The notes under the pieces are model-generated. The model was not told the origin of the DNA and did not search any database. It was given only the letters and a program-made list of their open reading frames with translations. Shown here one piece after another: positions 9,350 to 20,903 of a DNA stretch of 64,000 nucleotides (position 1 is the stretch's first letter; every line of letters begins with the position of its first letter). Made by a program: the position numbers and the translations under genes. This stretch comes from Camelus ferus (Eukaryota), in assembly GCF_009834535.1 (NCBI RefSeq), contig NC_045697.1, positions 28,832,001-28,896,000 of the forward strand, given 5' to 3'.

Positions 9350-11030
9350 GCGCCTCCGGGTCTACGTTGCAAACATGCAATCGTTTTTGTGCCTCCGTCA
9401 GCGTGTTCAGACCACACGTTGGCAGCGCCGGTCGGGGCCAGGCAGTCTCGGTCGGGGCCGCAGCCGCCGCGGACCCCTTTGTTTTCCCGCTCCGAGGTGG
9501 CTGCGCCGAGTCCGTCGCCCGAGCGCGCGTAGGGGCAGCCGGCCGCGCGCCCGGAAACCCCCCGCGGGCAGCACAGCGCGCGCGGAGGCCGGGCTCGCGC
9601 GCCCGCCGCAGCCGCCTAGCACGCCCCGAGTCAACAGCCCAGTTAGGCCAAGCCGAGGCCGCCCGGCTCGCCTGGCGGTCTCTTCCTACTCGCCGCCGGG
9701 ACCCGCGCGCTGGCGGGCCCGCCCCCGCTCACGTTTCGTTCCCCGCCTCGACCAGCGAGTACGACCTTGTGTTTGTTTTGCATTTGGCGCTAGGGAGAGT
9801 CTGAAGAGGCTCAGACAAGGCTGTGGTTCACCGCTTATATCCTCAGCAATTTCGGGCCCCTTATTGCTACGTTCACCAGCTCAAAACAGCTCCCACCTTC
9901 CCCGAAAACCCAACACATTGAAAAGGGCTTGTTTCTGCATGTGACCCCCCGAAAAGGGAAGGGGGAAACACGTCAGGCTTTCGGGAGAGCTTTTTTTGGG
10001 GTGGGGGGTGAGTGAGTGGGAGGCCGGGTCCGCTGCGGCAGAACCGGCCAGGCCGGGACTTGCTCAGCGGAGAGAGCGGGAGAGGCGGGAGCGCCCGCGG
10101 CAGGGGTCGCCGGGGTCGGCTTCACGGGGCGGGCCGACGCGCCCTAGCGGAGCTCCGGAACGAACCAGAGGTCGCGGCAGGGAGCGGGCGGGGGTGGAGG
10201 GAGGTGGAGGAGGCGGAGGGCGGCGATCCACCTGGGCGACGTGGCAGCCATTCCCTACTCCCCGAGACCCCTCCCCATTCGGCCGCCCACCCGCCCTCTC
10301 GCGGCTGGCTGCTGCGAGGCTGCTCTTCCCAGGCCGGACGGAGAGCGGCAGTGTCTCCCCGCCGGCCGCTCGCCCCGCGTCTCCCCACCGCGGCCGTCGC
10401 TGCTCGCCAGCCCTGCGCCGCGTCGGAGAGCGCAGTGGCGGCGGCGGGAAAGGGCTGCGGACCCGCGGCGCCGCGTCGCACTCCTGACGACGCGGCCCCG
10501 GCCTCGACGCCGTCTGCCCACTCCTAGAACAGGTAAAGGCGGTAGGTGGGAGACGGGGCGGCGGGGCCGGGGTGAGGGTCCTGGAGGGAAGGGATCCTGG
10601 GGTCCCCGAGCAGGAGCGGAGAGCCTGAGGCAGTGGCGGGGGGCGCTGCGACCGAAACCCTAACCCCCGAACGTGGGGGGCCAGCGCGGGCCGTCTCCAG
10701 TCCGGCCCGTGAGCCCGGCCGCCCGGACGGAAGCGAAGAGAGGCGGGCCCTGGCGCGCCGCCCGAGGTCGGGCGAAGGCGGGGGCTGCGGCCGCTTCCCG
10801 GGCCTCCCAGTCCCTGGCGGGCCTCCAGGCCCCGGGCACACCCCTTTCGCCCCCCAGGGTTTCCCTGTCGGTTCCCGCCGGGTCTTGACCTCGCGCCCCT
10901 CCGAGCGCCTTCGGCCTCTCCCTGAAAAGCCTTCTTGGAACTTCGGGCCACCCTCCCGCGCACGTAGTCCTAGCATAGCCCTTTACTCACTTCTTCAGAT
11001 CCAAACATAGCCACTCACTCCGCACGTTCC
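9350..11030. promoter_or_regulatory. N4BP2: CpG island / N4BP2 promoter
   Basis: Very high GC and CpG density in two blocks (9350-9765, 10020-10970), GC boxes (GGGGCGGG), upstream of the N4BP2 exons. Confidence 0.9.
10250..10532 (+). other. N4BP2: N4BP2 non-coding exon 1 (start approximate)
   Basis: Donor CAG|GTAAAG at 10532/10533 inside the CpG island; the TSS cannot be fixed from sequence alone. Confidence 0.6.
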
Positions 11031-14000
11031 GATTTTGGGTGCTGCGGGGAGGCATTCCCTGTTCCTGCTATCTGTGCTGCTTTGATTCTAGTCCACACCC
11101 TTCTCCCCCATGGCAACTTTGATCCCCACTGGGACCCTCCTTGAGTCCTAGTGTGATCTGGACCGCTCCAAGATGTCTATTTGGAAATTTGTCTTTGATA
11201 GAGTGAGTCATCTGACCCGGGACAGTTTATTCCTTACGCTCTTTTGGTTAAAACGTGGTTTTGTTTGTTTTACCCTCTCTCAGAAAGAGAGCTAGAGTAA
11301 TTAAAAAAAAAAAGTGTAGATGCTAGATCAAGCTCACTGTTGGTTTAAAGAACCTTCCTTTCGGCAACAGTCTTTGCCGAACTAGAATCTGATATTTGTG
11401 GCACCGACAGGTTTGTACACATTCTCGCCATGCAGTGGTTGTAATGTCTCCATAGCACAGTTCTGACTCTGGCCAATCCAGCTTGATTGGCTGGTTTTTC
11501 TACTCAACGTCTTTAAGCCAATCAAAAAGCGCTGCTTGCCTGGAGACTGGTTAACTCAGAAAAGGTGGGGATTGGTTGAGCTCCGAGAGAGAATCTGGGG
11601 ATGAACCTGGCTTCTCAGAAAACAATGACTGGTTTGCAGCTGCCTCTCTTCCTTTTTTTTTTTTTTTTTTTTTTTTTTGCTATCTTTTCATCCCAACAAC
11701 AGCAGCCATTTAGTTCTGTTTTTATTATTTCCATCGTTTTTCTCTCAGTTGCCCAGCTCTCTTTGTAACTAATTTTAATCCTCGTTCTTCAGTTTTCAAT
11801 GAAAGACTTCTTAAATCTTTAAAGCAACGTAAACATCATGTGTTTTGTGTTTTGATAATCAGCGTGGTTCTATTTTCTTATATTGTCTGCTTTTAAAGGT
11901 CAGAAATTCAATCAACTTTTTGTTCCTGTGCCAGAGCCTTTATTGTTCAAGGGGCTGCGGGAGGGTAGGGGTCTGCAGTGGTGGAGACAGTGAAAAGAAT
12001 AGGAAGGAAATGGCTGCTTTCCTACAAGGATGCAACACTTAAGTTCATGAAAAAAGACTAACGTATAAAACAACACAACCCAGGACAAATCAGAGTGTAG
12101 TACTTACGACTGTCAATTTGTATACCTGTTGACTTTGGTTGCCTTGAAGGGGAGAGTAAAGAGGACCCAGTACTGGACTTTATAGAAGAAGTAAGCTCAA
12201 GTTATAGTAAAGGAATGTTTTTTCCTTATTAAAGTAGGCATAGCAGCTGTATAAAATAGAGGCTAGATAAATATTACCAGTGTTGGTACATGCTTTTTTA
12301 ATACTATCTGAGGATTTTTCTTCTCTTAAAATCTCCCTTTTCTTCGTGATTATCCGTGGTTAGGCATGTCTTTTGATATGCAAAGCAGTAATCATTTATT
12401 AGACAAGGTGAATTTTGGAGAATAGCTACCATTTTTGCCTTCCTTCCATTCACCTTATATACAAGCTCACGTTTTAAGTCTTTGGAAGGATCTCAGTTTG
12501 TCAGGTCAAACATCAAATCTTATCAGATCACATTTTTAAATGCCTTTAGAAGTAGTTTTATTAGCAATTAAAGAAGAGACTGTAATTTTTTTGATATTTA
12601 CCATGCCAGACAATGAGTAAGCCAGATGTTATTAGGACTATATCTGGACTTGACCTTTAATAATACTTCTTTTGTCTTTTACTGGATTTTTGTAGCTGTA
12701 CCATTTGCTTTTATAATGTTACTTTCATAATATGCTCAGGTATTTAGTAGCGTGAATATCCCCTATGTTCCTTTAAAAATTTTTTTTTTAATATATCCAC
12801 TCTATTCATTAAATTTAAGAATTAGATTGGGAGACTGACATGAATAATATTTAGTTTTTCTATTCTAAAGCAAGCCATCTTTTTAAAAAAATTTCTTTTG
12901 TCTTTGAATTGAAATTGAAAAATTTCTTCTGCTTGTAGTGTCTTCACTGGTCTCCCTGTCCTCCTCCCCTTAAACTCTCTGATAACCTACTTCAAGATTT
13001 AGGTGGTATTTGTTGTAAAGTATTCTTTTGTTCCTTTCCCCAGCAGAGATAATCACTTACTCATTGTATTAACTCTGAACATTTGATGTAGTATTTCCAT
13101 TATATGCTTGTTGCTACATTGAGCTACCTCCTCCCTATGGTAACTGTGAGCTTCACTCAATTTTACTCACTTTTCCTCCTAACATTAGTCCCAAAGCTAT
13201 AGGTATATAGGATAGTAAATAAATTTTGGCATGAATAAAGGGGATATTTTAGTTTAAAAAATATTTCTCGCAGTTACTATCTGCATGCTGATAATTCTCT
13301 TATCTCCCACGCAGGGCTTTTTCCTGATTACTGGGCTCATATACCATCTATCTTCATGACATGTTTATTTGTATGCTTCCACAGGCGTCTTAAATTGAGC
13401 AAATCCCAAACTGTAGTCATTATCAACCTTCCCTCTCTGAGCCTCAAACCAAAAATACAAACAAACTGCCTCTCTTCTGCTTTCTTTCTAGGGGAAGATT
13501 AAATGAGATAATGCATGTGTGGTAAGCATTCAGTAAATAGTAGGCACTGCTAATAATAATTTTGCAGGAACATGGGCTATTCCTTTTCTTCTCTTTTTCC
13601 TTTTGTATTCTGATTGATCACCGAATCCTGTTGGATTCTTTCTCCTTAATCTCTCTTGAATCTGTGCCTTTTCTCTTCCCAAGGCTGTCATCCTCCTCCA
13701 TGGTTAGCACCATCTCTCACCGGGATTGCTGCGGTAGCCTCCTAAGTGGTTATCCCTGCTTGCAGACTTGTCTTCCACTCCATTTTCCCCACTGTAGCCA
13801 GAGTAATTTCTGACACATTTGAACCTGTAACTCCTCTGCTAAAAACCTTGTTTTGTGGCTTTTCATTGCCTTCAGGATAAAATCTTAACTTCTTAATTTG
13901 GCTTTCGGGATCTTCATGATCTGGCTTCTGTTTACCTCTTCATCTTCTGTTACTTTTTTCCTTTGAATAACCATATTTAGTTGCTGCATTTCTCCCTTGA

Positions 14001-14514
14001 GATGCCAAGTTTGTGAAATCTAGGCCTGAGAACAGCTTTCCTCTGGAATGCCTTCCCTAGCTCCCTGCTTCCCTCCCCTTTGGTTTTGTTGACTCACACA
14101 TTTCTCTCTATAGAGGTGGTACCTCTTCGGGGAAGCCAGCCCTCTTTTATATCCCAAGGCTGGGCTACTAGCATCTTCTACTTGTTTCCCACCCGCATCT
14201 TCTACTTGTTTCCCCAGTGCTCTGAATTCTCAGAATTCTCTTACCGTGTTGTTACTGCTTATTGTCATCTCACCATGTACTGCTTAGGGTGCAACAAAAA
14301 AGAGGCAGATAGACTGCGTAAAAAAAGGATGTGATTCGCATAGTGTGTATAAAAAGGGAATTAAATAGTAATTTGGGGGTATACCTAGTAGGGAAGAGAA
14401 CGACGCCATGTCTTATAGATGAAAGTTTTCTAAATAGGAAAGGCTGAGTCAGTAGGTCCTTTTACAGCGTCAATGAAATATCTTTACAGATAATTTCCAT
14501 CTTATTCAGTTGCT

Positions 14515-14965
14515 CTGGTTTTTAGTTAAGACTTTTTGGATTGCAAATAACAGAGAAACCGCCTAAAATAGGCTATGGAGGGAAAAGTTACTGGTTCAAT
14601 TAGCATATGACAGAAATTGAGTGGACAGAGAACGCAATAAGGAGCTAAGGTGGGAACTTGCCCATAGGTAGATCCTTCATACACTTATCAGTACACAGTG
14701 GCCCCTTCTCCCCTACTGTGGATATGCTTCTTCACACAGTGGGACCTGGTTCCTGGCAGCATAGGCTTATCTACCTGGAGCCTCCAGATAGATTTGGTCA
14801 CATGCCTCTGCCTTGACCAATTCCTGCAGCTTAGGGGATAAGGTGACTATGCCTGGTTCAGCCTAGATCATGTGATGTGCTCACTGATAAGGCCAGGGGT
14901 CTCTTAGAAATCAGACCCCTGTGGAGCTGGGGAGGAGAAAGAGTTCTGGGTAGATATGAAGAACA
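14515..14965. mobile_element. Old MaLR LTR (MLT1-type) relic
   Basis: GGATTGCAAATAACAGAGAAACC...TTGGTCACATGCC...GACCAAT...CCTAGATCATGTG motifs resemble MLT1 LTRs. Confidence 0.5.
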
Positions 14966-15964
14966 GCCAGTCTAATTCTTAAACACCCTTCTGATTATAA
15001 ATTTGTTTTTCTAGGTATTTTATTTATGGGAAAGAGATGCCCTGTATTGTGGACGTGAGTATTCCAGGTACTGAAATGGTAAGTCCAATATTTTAAAGAA
15101 CTAAAGTGACTTTATGGCTTGTGTTGGCATATAACAAATATTTAATAAGCTCTTGTTTGCTAAATAAAAAAAACATTATCTGTGAGATGCTTATAGACTA
15201 GTAATCTAAACAAGTAAATACAAAGGTGCTAAGATAGAGGTAAATCTAGGGTGCAGTGGGAGCTGTGTGTAAATCAGACTTTGGGACAATAGAAAACTTT
15301 CCTGAAGGAAAGTTAATTGAGCCAAGAAATATGGGTTGGGTGGGATGGGGTAGAGGGACATGTGTGAGAATTTTTAAATATAGGAAGGAGAGGATGGAGC
15401 TTTTTGGTGAGTGGTAGTTGGTAGGAAAGAGGTGGTTGAGTAGGGGATGGTTTATGTACAATCAGTCATACAGGGGAATACAGAGTACCTAGTAGAGTAT
15501 TTTGCATATAGTTTCTGAAGTTATAAAGATCCAGTAAACCTGTTTTATCAGGAGACCTAAAGTTGATAAATTCTTAACCACCCTTGATAAATATTTGTGT
15601 AGTTGTAATTAAATGTATGTTTCTCAGGATTTCTATTTGTAATTTTCTTTTCTGTTCTGTTTCTGACTCCACCTCTCTTGAGTGAACATTTTCTTTCCCT
15701 GCTAAACCACCTTCTCTTATATTTTTTTCTTTGTAGTTGAACCCCTTAGAGTTTTTTTTAATTGTGGTAAACATATAGCAAAACTTATCATCTTAACTAT
15801 TTTTAAGTGAACAGAAAGTGGTGTTAATATGTGCATAGTTAATACAACAGGTCTCTAGAACTTTTTCATTTTGCAGAACTGAAGCTATACTACTGAACAA
15901 TTCCTTTCTCCATCTCCCTATCTCTAGCTCCTGGCATCCATCATCTTACTAAGAGTTTGACTAC

Positions 15965-16931
15965 TTTATTTTTTGTTGAGGTATAGTTGATGTACAATAT
16001 TATTTATGTTTTAGGTGTACAACATAGTGATTCACAATTTTTAAAGTTTATACTCCATTTATAGTTAATATAAAATATTGGCTGTATTCCTTGGGTTGTA
16101 CAATATATCCTTGTAGCTCATTTATTTTATACATAGTAGTTTGTACCTCTTAATTCCCTACCCCTGTCTTGTACTACCCCCCTTCTTCCCACTGGTAAAC
16201 ACCAGTTTGTTCTCTATATCAGTGAGTCTGTTTCTTCTTTGTTATATTCATTAGTTTGTTTTATTTTTTAGATTCCATATAAGTGATATCATACAGTATT
16301 TGTCTTTCTCTTTCTGACTTATTTCACTTGCTGTAATACCTTCTAAGTTCATCCATGTTGTTGCAAATGGCAAAATTTCATTCCTGTTTTTTTTTTTTTT
16401 AATGGAGGTACTGAGGATTGAACCCAGGACCTCATGCTTGCTAAGTATGCGTTCTACCACTGAACTGTATTCCCCCCTCCACACTTTCTTTTTTTTTATA
16501 AGGCTGAGTAGTATTCCATTGTATATATACCACATCTTCTTTATCCATCCATCTGTTGATGAACACTTAGATTGCTTCCATATCCTGGCTGTTGTAAATA
16601 GTGCTGCTATGTGAACATTGGGGTGCCTGTATCTTTTGGAATTAGTGTTTTCATTTTTTTTGTGTGTGTATATACCCGTGAGTGGAATTGCTGGGTCATA
16701 TGGTAGTTTTAGTTTTTTTGTGAAACCTCCATACTGTTTTCACAGTGCCTGCACCAGTTTACATTCCCAAGGGTTCCCTTTTCTCCATATCCTTGCCAGT
16801 ATTTGTTATTTGTGTCTTTTTGATGATAGCCATTCTGACAGGTGTGAGATGACAGCTCATTGTGGTTTTAATTTGCTCTGATGATTAATGATGTTGAGCA
16901 TCTTTTCATGTGCCTGTTGGCCATCTGTATG
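15965..16931 (-). mobile_element. Younger 5'-truncated L1 nested in the older L1
   Basis: Exact 12-bp TSD GAGTTTGACTAC at 15953-15964 and 16932-16943; T-rich tail at the left end. Confidence 0.85.
16387..16478 (-). mobile_element. tRNA-Ala-derived SINE (camelid vic-1-like)
   Basis: - strand GGGGAATACAGTTCAGTGGTAGAACGCATACTTAGCAAGCATGAGGTCCTGGGTTCAATCCTCAGTACCTCC plus A tail; A and B boxes present. Confidence 0.85.
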
Positions 16932-17615
16932 GAGTTTGACTACCTTAGATACCTCTCACATAAGAAGCATCATACACTATTTGTCTTTTTGTGACTGGCT
17001 TATTTCGCTTAGCATAATGCCCTACAGGTTCATCCATATTATAGCATATGACAAGATTTTCTTCTTTTAAAGGCTGCATAATATTCCATTATGTAATATG
17101 TGTGTGTGTGTGTGTATGTGTACCCCACATTTTCTTTATCCAGTTTTCTATGGGTGAACATTTAGATTGCATGGACAGTTTGCTTCCACTTCTTGGCTAT
17201 TGTGAATAATGCTGCATTGGACATGGGTGTGCAAATATCTCTTGGAGATCCTGTTTTCAGTCTTTTTGGATATATATCCAAAAGTGGGATTACTGGCTCA
17301 TATTCTATTTTTACTTTTTTGAGGAGTCTCCATATTGTTTTCCATAGTGTCTGCACCATTTTACATTCTCATCAACAGTACACAAGGGTTCCAATTTCTC
17401 TGCATCCTTAACAGCATTTGTTTTGCTTTGTTTTTGTTTTTGATAGTGACCATCCTAAGGGCTGTGACATCATATCTCATTATGGTTTTGGTCACTTCTC
17501 CCTGATGATTCATGATGTGGAGCATCTTTTCATATGCTTGTTGGCCATTTGCCTATTCAAGTCCTTTGTCCATTCTTAAAATCGAGTTGTGTTTTGTTGT
17601 TGAGTTGTAGGAATT

Positions 17616-17809
17616 CTTTTTTTTTTTTTAATTTTTCAGTTTTTTGTTTGTCTTGTTTTACCACTTTAATTATTTTCTTAGGGGGGAGGTATTAGATTTA
17701 TTTATTTTTATTTCATTATTACTATTATTTTTAATGGACGTACTAGAGATTGAACCCAGGACCTTGTGCATGCTAAGCATGTACTCTACCACTGAGCTAT
17801 ACACTCCCC
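17616..17809 (-). mobile_element. tRNA-derived SINE (vic-1-like, long-tail form)
   Basis: GGGGAGTGTATAGCTCAGTGGTAGAGTACATGCTTAGCATGCACAAGGTCCTGGGTTCAATC head; AT-rich tail; TAGGA(A/G)TT flanks. Confidence 0.85.
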
Positions 17810-18344
17810 ACTAGGAGTTTTTTTTATATATTCTGGATATTAACCCCTAATCAGGTACATGATTTTCAAATACTTTCATTCCATAGGTTGCCTTTTCACT
17901 CTATTGATTGTTTCCTTTGCTGTGCAGAGGTTTTAAGTTTGATGTAGTCCTATTTGTTTACTTTGCTTTTGTTTCCTGTGTTTCTTTGCCATATCCAAGA
18001 AATCATTGCCAAGTCCAATGTTATGAAGCTTTCCCCCTATGTTTTCTTCTAGGAGTTTTATAGTTTCAGGTCTTACATTTAGGTCTCTGGCCATTTTGAG
18101 TTAATTTTTGTATATAGTGTTACAGAAGGTTCAGCTTCATTCTTTTAAATGTGGATATCCAGTTTCCCCAGCACCACCCTGTTGAGTAGTCTTGGTATCC
18201 TTGTCGAAGGTTATTTAGCCATAAATGTAAGTGTTTATTTCTGGGCTTTATGTTTTTTTCCGTTGCTCTTATGTTTGTCTGTATGCCAGTACCATACTGT
18301 TTTGATTATAGTATCTTTGTATGTTTTTTAAACCATATACATAT

Positions 18345-18821
18345 TTTAAAAATTGAAATATGGTTAATTTACAATGTTGTGTTAGTTTCAGGTATACAGC
18401 AAAGTGATTCAGTTATGTGGTATGTGTGCGTGTGTGTGTATCTATATTCTTTTTCAGATTCTTTTCCATTATAGGTTGTTACAAGATACTGAATGTAGTT
18501 CCCTATGCTATACAGTAGGTCCTTGTTTATCTAGTTTCATATATAGTAGTGTGTATTTATTAATCCTAAACTCCTAATTTATCCCTCCCCACCCCCTACT
18601 TTCCCCTTTGGTAACCATAGTTTATTTTCTGTATCTGTGAGTCTATTTCTGTTTTGTAAATGAGTTCATTTGTATCATTTTTTTAGATTCCACATATAAG
18701 TGATATCGTATGATATTTGTCTTTCTCTGTCTGACTTACTTCCCTTAACATGGTGAGCTCTAGGTACATCCATGTTGCTGCAAATGGCATTATTTTATTC
18801 TTTATGGCTGAGTAATACTCC

Positions 18822-18869
<48 letters not shown>

Positions 18870-19064
18870 CACTTCATCTTCTTTATCCATTCATCTGTCA
18901 TGTCAAGCATTTATGTTGCTTCCATGTCTTGGCTATTGTAAATAGTGCTGCTGTGAACATTGGGGGGCATGTATCTTTTGGAATTAGAGTTTTCTCTGGA
19001 TATGTGCCCAGGAGTGGGATTATAGGATCATATGGTATCTCCATTTTTAGTTTTTTAAGGAACC
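18345..19064 (-). mobile_element. Younger L1 3' end nested in the older L1
   Basis: ATTTACAATGTTGTGTTAGTTTCAGGT...GATTCCACATATAAGTGATATC...CCCAGGAGTGGGATT, a cetartiodactyl-type L1 3' end. Confidence 0.8.
18824..18866. repeat. (TG)n microsatellite, about 21 units
   Basis: Directly visible. Confidence 0.95.
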
Positions 19065-20803
19065 ATAATATGTTCTGAAATCAGGAAGTGTGAAGGCTCT
19101 AGCTTTGTTTTTCTTTCTCAAGGTTGTTTTGGCTATTTGGGGTTCTTTTCTTAATTTTTATCATTTAAAAAGTTTCCTCTTATTTTCTTCCTTCCCTTTA
19201 CTTAACCATGATTGAATTTTTCTTTTTCTTAGAACACATGTGGACATGTAACCAGATATAACCTTTAAAATATGGAGTGTGGCCTGCTTTATAAAAACTT
19301 GGCATGTTTGGATTAGAGGTTTTAAATCAAGGGTTAGTATTTGAATTAAAAAGATTTTTTTTCTTTACTTTGCAGAGGTAAACAAACCAGTTTACTTGCA
19401 GCATAGTACACTTAAAAAACTTTGATTAGCAAAATATTTAGACACACAGAAAAATAGAATAGTACCTTGAACTCATGTATATCCACCTTCTAGACTTAAT
19501 AATTATTAATAACTTTGCTACATTTGCTTTATATATGTATATTTCTATTGTATATATAAATTTCCTGGATAATTTAAAAGTAAATAATGACAAGTGAGAT
19601 TTTTTCTTCTTTTTTTGATTATTATACATTTGTGTTATAAATGTATATATTTTGGACTTTGATAAATTTCATTTAAAGATTTAGCTTTAAATTTATTCCT
19701 TTAAAAATTTATGACATGTTATCTCTGACATATATGTTCCAGAAAAAGTATATTCTATATAACCACAAAACCATTATCCTTCCTAGCAAAATTACCAATA
19801 ATTCTCTAATATATGATACTCACACCATATTTAGATTTCTCTAATAGTTCCAAAAACATCTTTTATTGCCTTAAAAAAATACCAAAATCCAGTCAAGAGC
19901 TACCCATTGCATTTGTTATCTCTTGAGTCTTTTTTTTTTTTTTTTTTCTTCATTATAGAACTGTCTTTCTTACCTACCCACCATGTTTATCACTCTCCCT
20001 CTCATCCTCCATGATATAGATCTGTTAGCTTTGTTGAAAACATCTGACGTTTTGTATTGTGGATAGTTTCTTCATGGTGTAGTTTAACTTTTCCTCTATT
20101 CCCTATATTTTCTATAAACTAGACCTTAGGTCTAAAGATGTTTCAGATTCAGGTTAAACATTTTTGGAAGAGTACTTCATTTAGCAGTGCTGTGTACTCA
20201 TACCGCTTCACTTAGACTCATACAATGTTTAGTTGTCACACCATTTGGATGCTGTGTTGATCACCAGGTCAAGGTGGTGACAACCAGATCATTTTATTGT
20301 AAAGTTATGTTTGTCTTTTTACTTCCAGCAAATAACCGGTGGCATGGTACTTTGGCACCAGGTGTATCTGTCATCCCTTCACTTAATGATTTTAACCTTC
20401 ATTGATGATTGTTGATGATTCTTGATCAGCTATTTAATTGTGGTTTACAATATGGTAATTAGTTTTGGACTCTATTACATAGTTGTCTTCAATAAAGAAG
20501 AGGTTTCCCTCATCAGTTAGAGCTATTTTGTTAACCTTGAAATAATGTTTTACTGAAAAGGCAGAATAAATTCTTGGTTCTTTCCGTTTATATAACCATT
20601 TCCAGAGTGTAATGGTCTCCTCCTGTGGTAGTGAATGAGTTTGGTCTTTTTAACTTTGCTTTCTCTTTGGAATAGGATTATGTATTTATATTATAAATAT
20701 TATATATATTTTGGACTTTGATTTGATTCTGAATTATAGTTTGATGTAGATTTGCTTTTGTTATATAAATATATAATATATCATCATTTACTTTTTTTTG
20801 TAG

Positions 20804-20903
20804 TAAGAAGACATTATGTTGGATAACAGGAAGAGCTGTAGAATTTGCAGGTATCAGCCGTCACCTTAATAAGCACATTGACAGCATCATTGCCAGACAG
20901 ATG
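20804..20903 (+). other. N4BP2: N4BP2 non-coding exon 2 (100 nt)
   Basis: Polypyrimidine tract with TAG acceptor at 20803; ATG|GTAAGT donor; non-repetitive sequence resembling the recalled N4BP2 5'UTR. Confidence 0.75.

Larger units (their letters stand above)
15757..19150 (-). mobile_element. Older L1 3' portion interrupted by two younger L1 3' fragments and two SINEs
   Basis: Continuous antisense L1 3'UTR/ORF2 sequence that resumes after each insertion. Confidence 0.8.

Noticed and set aside
9310..11010. Many overlapping Arg/Pro/Gly/Ala-rich ORFs up to 299 aa
   Set aside because: Expected from stop-codon scarcity in a CpG island; mostly non-ATG starts and no recognisable protein.
16400..16478. 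tRNA gene (also at 17733-17809 and 62614-62686)
   Set aside because: A-rich tails, repeated degenerate copies and insertion within L1 indicate SINEs.
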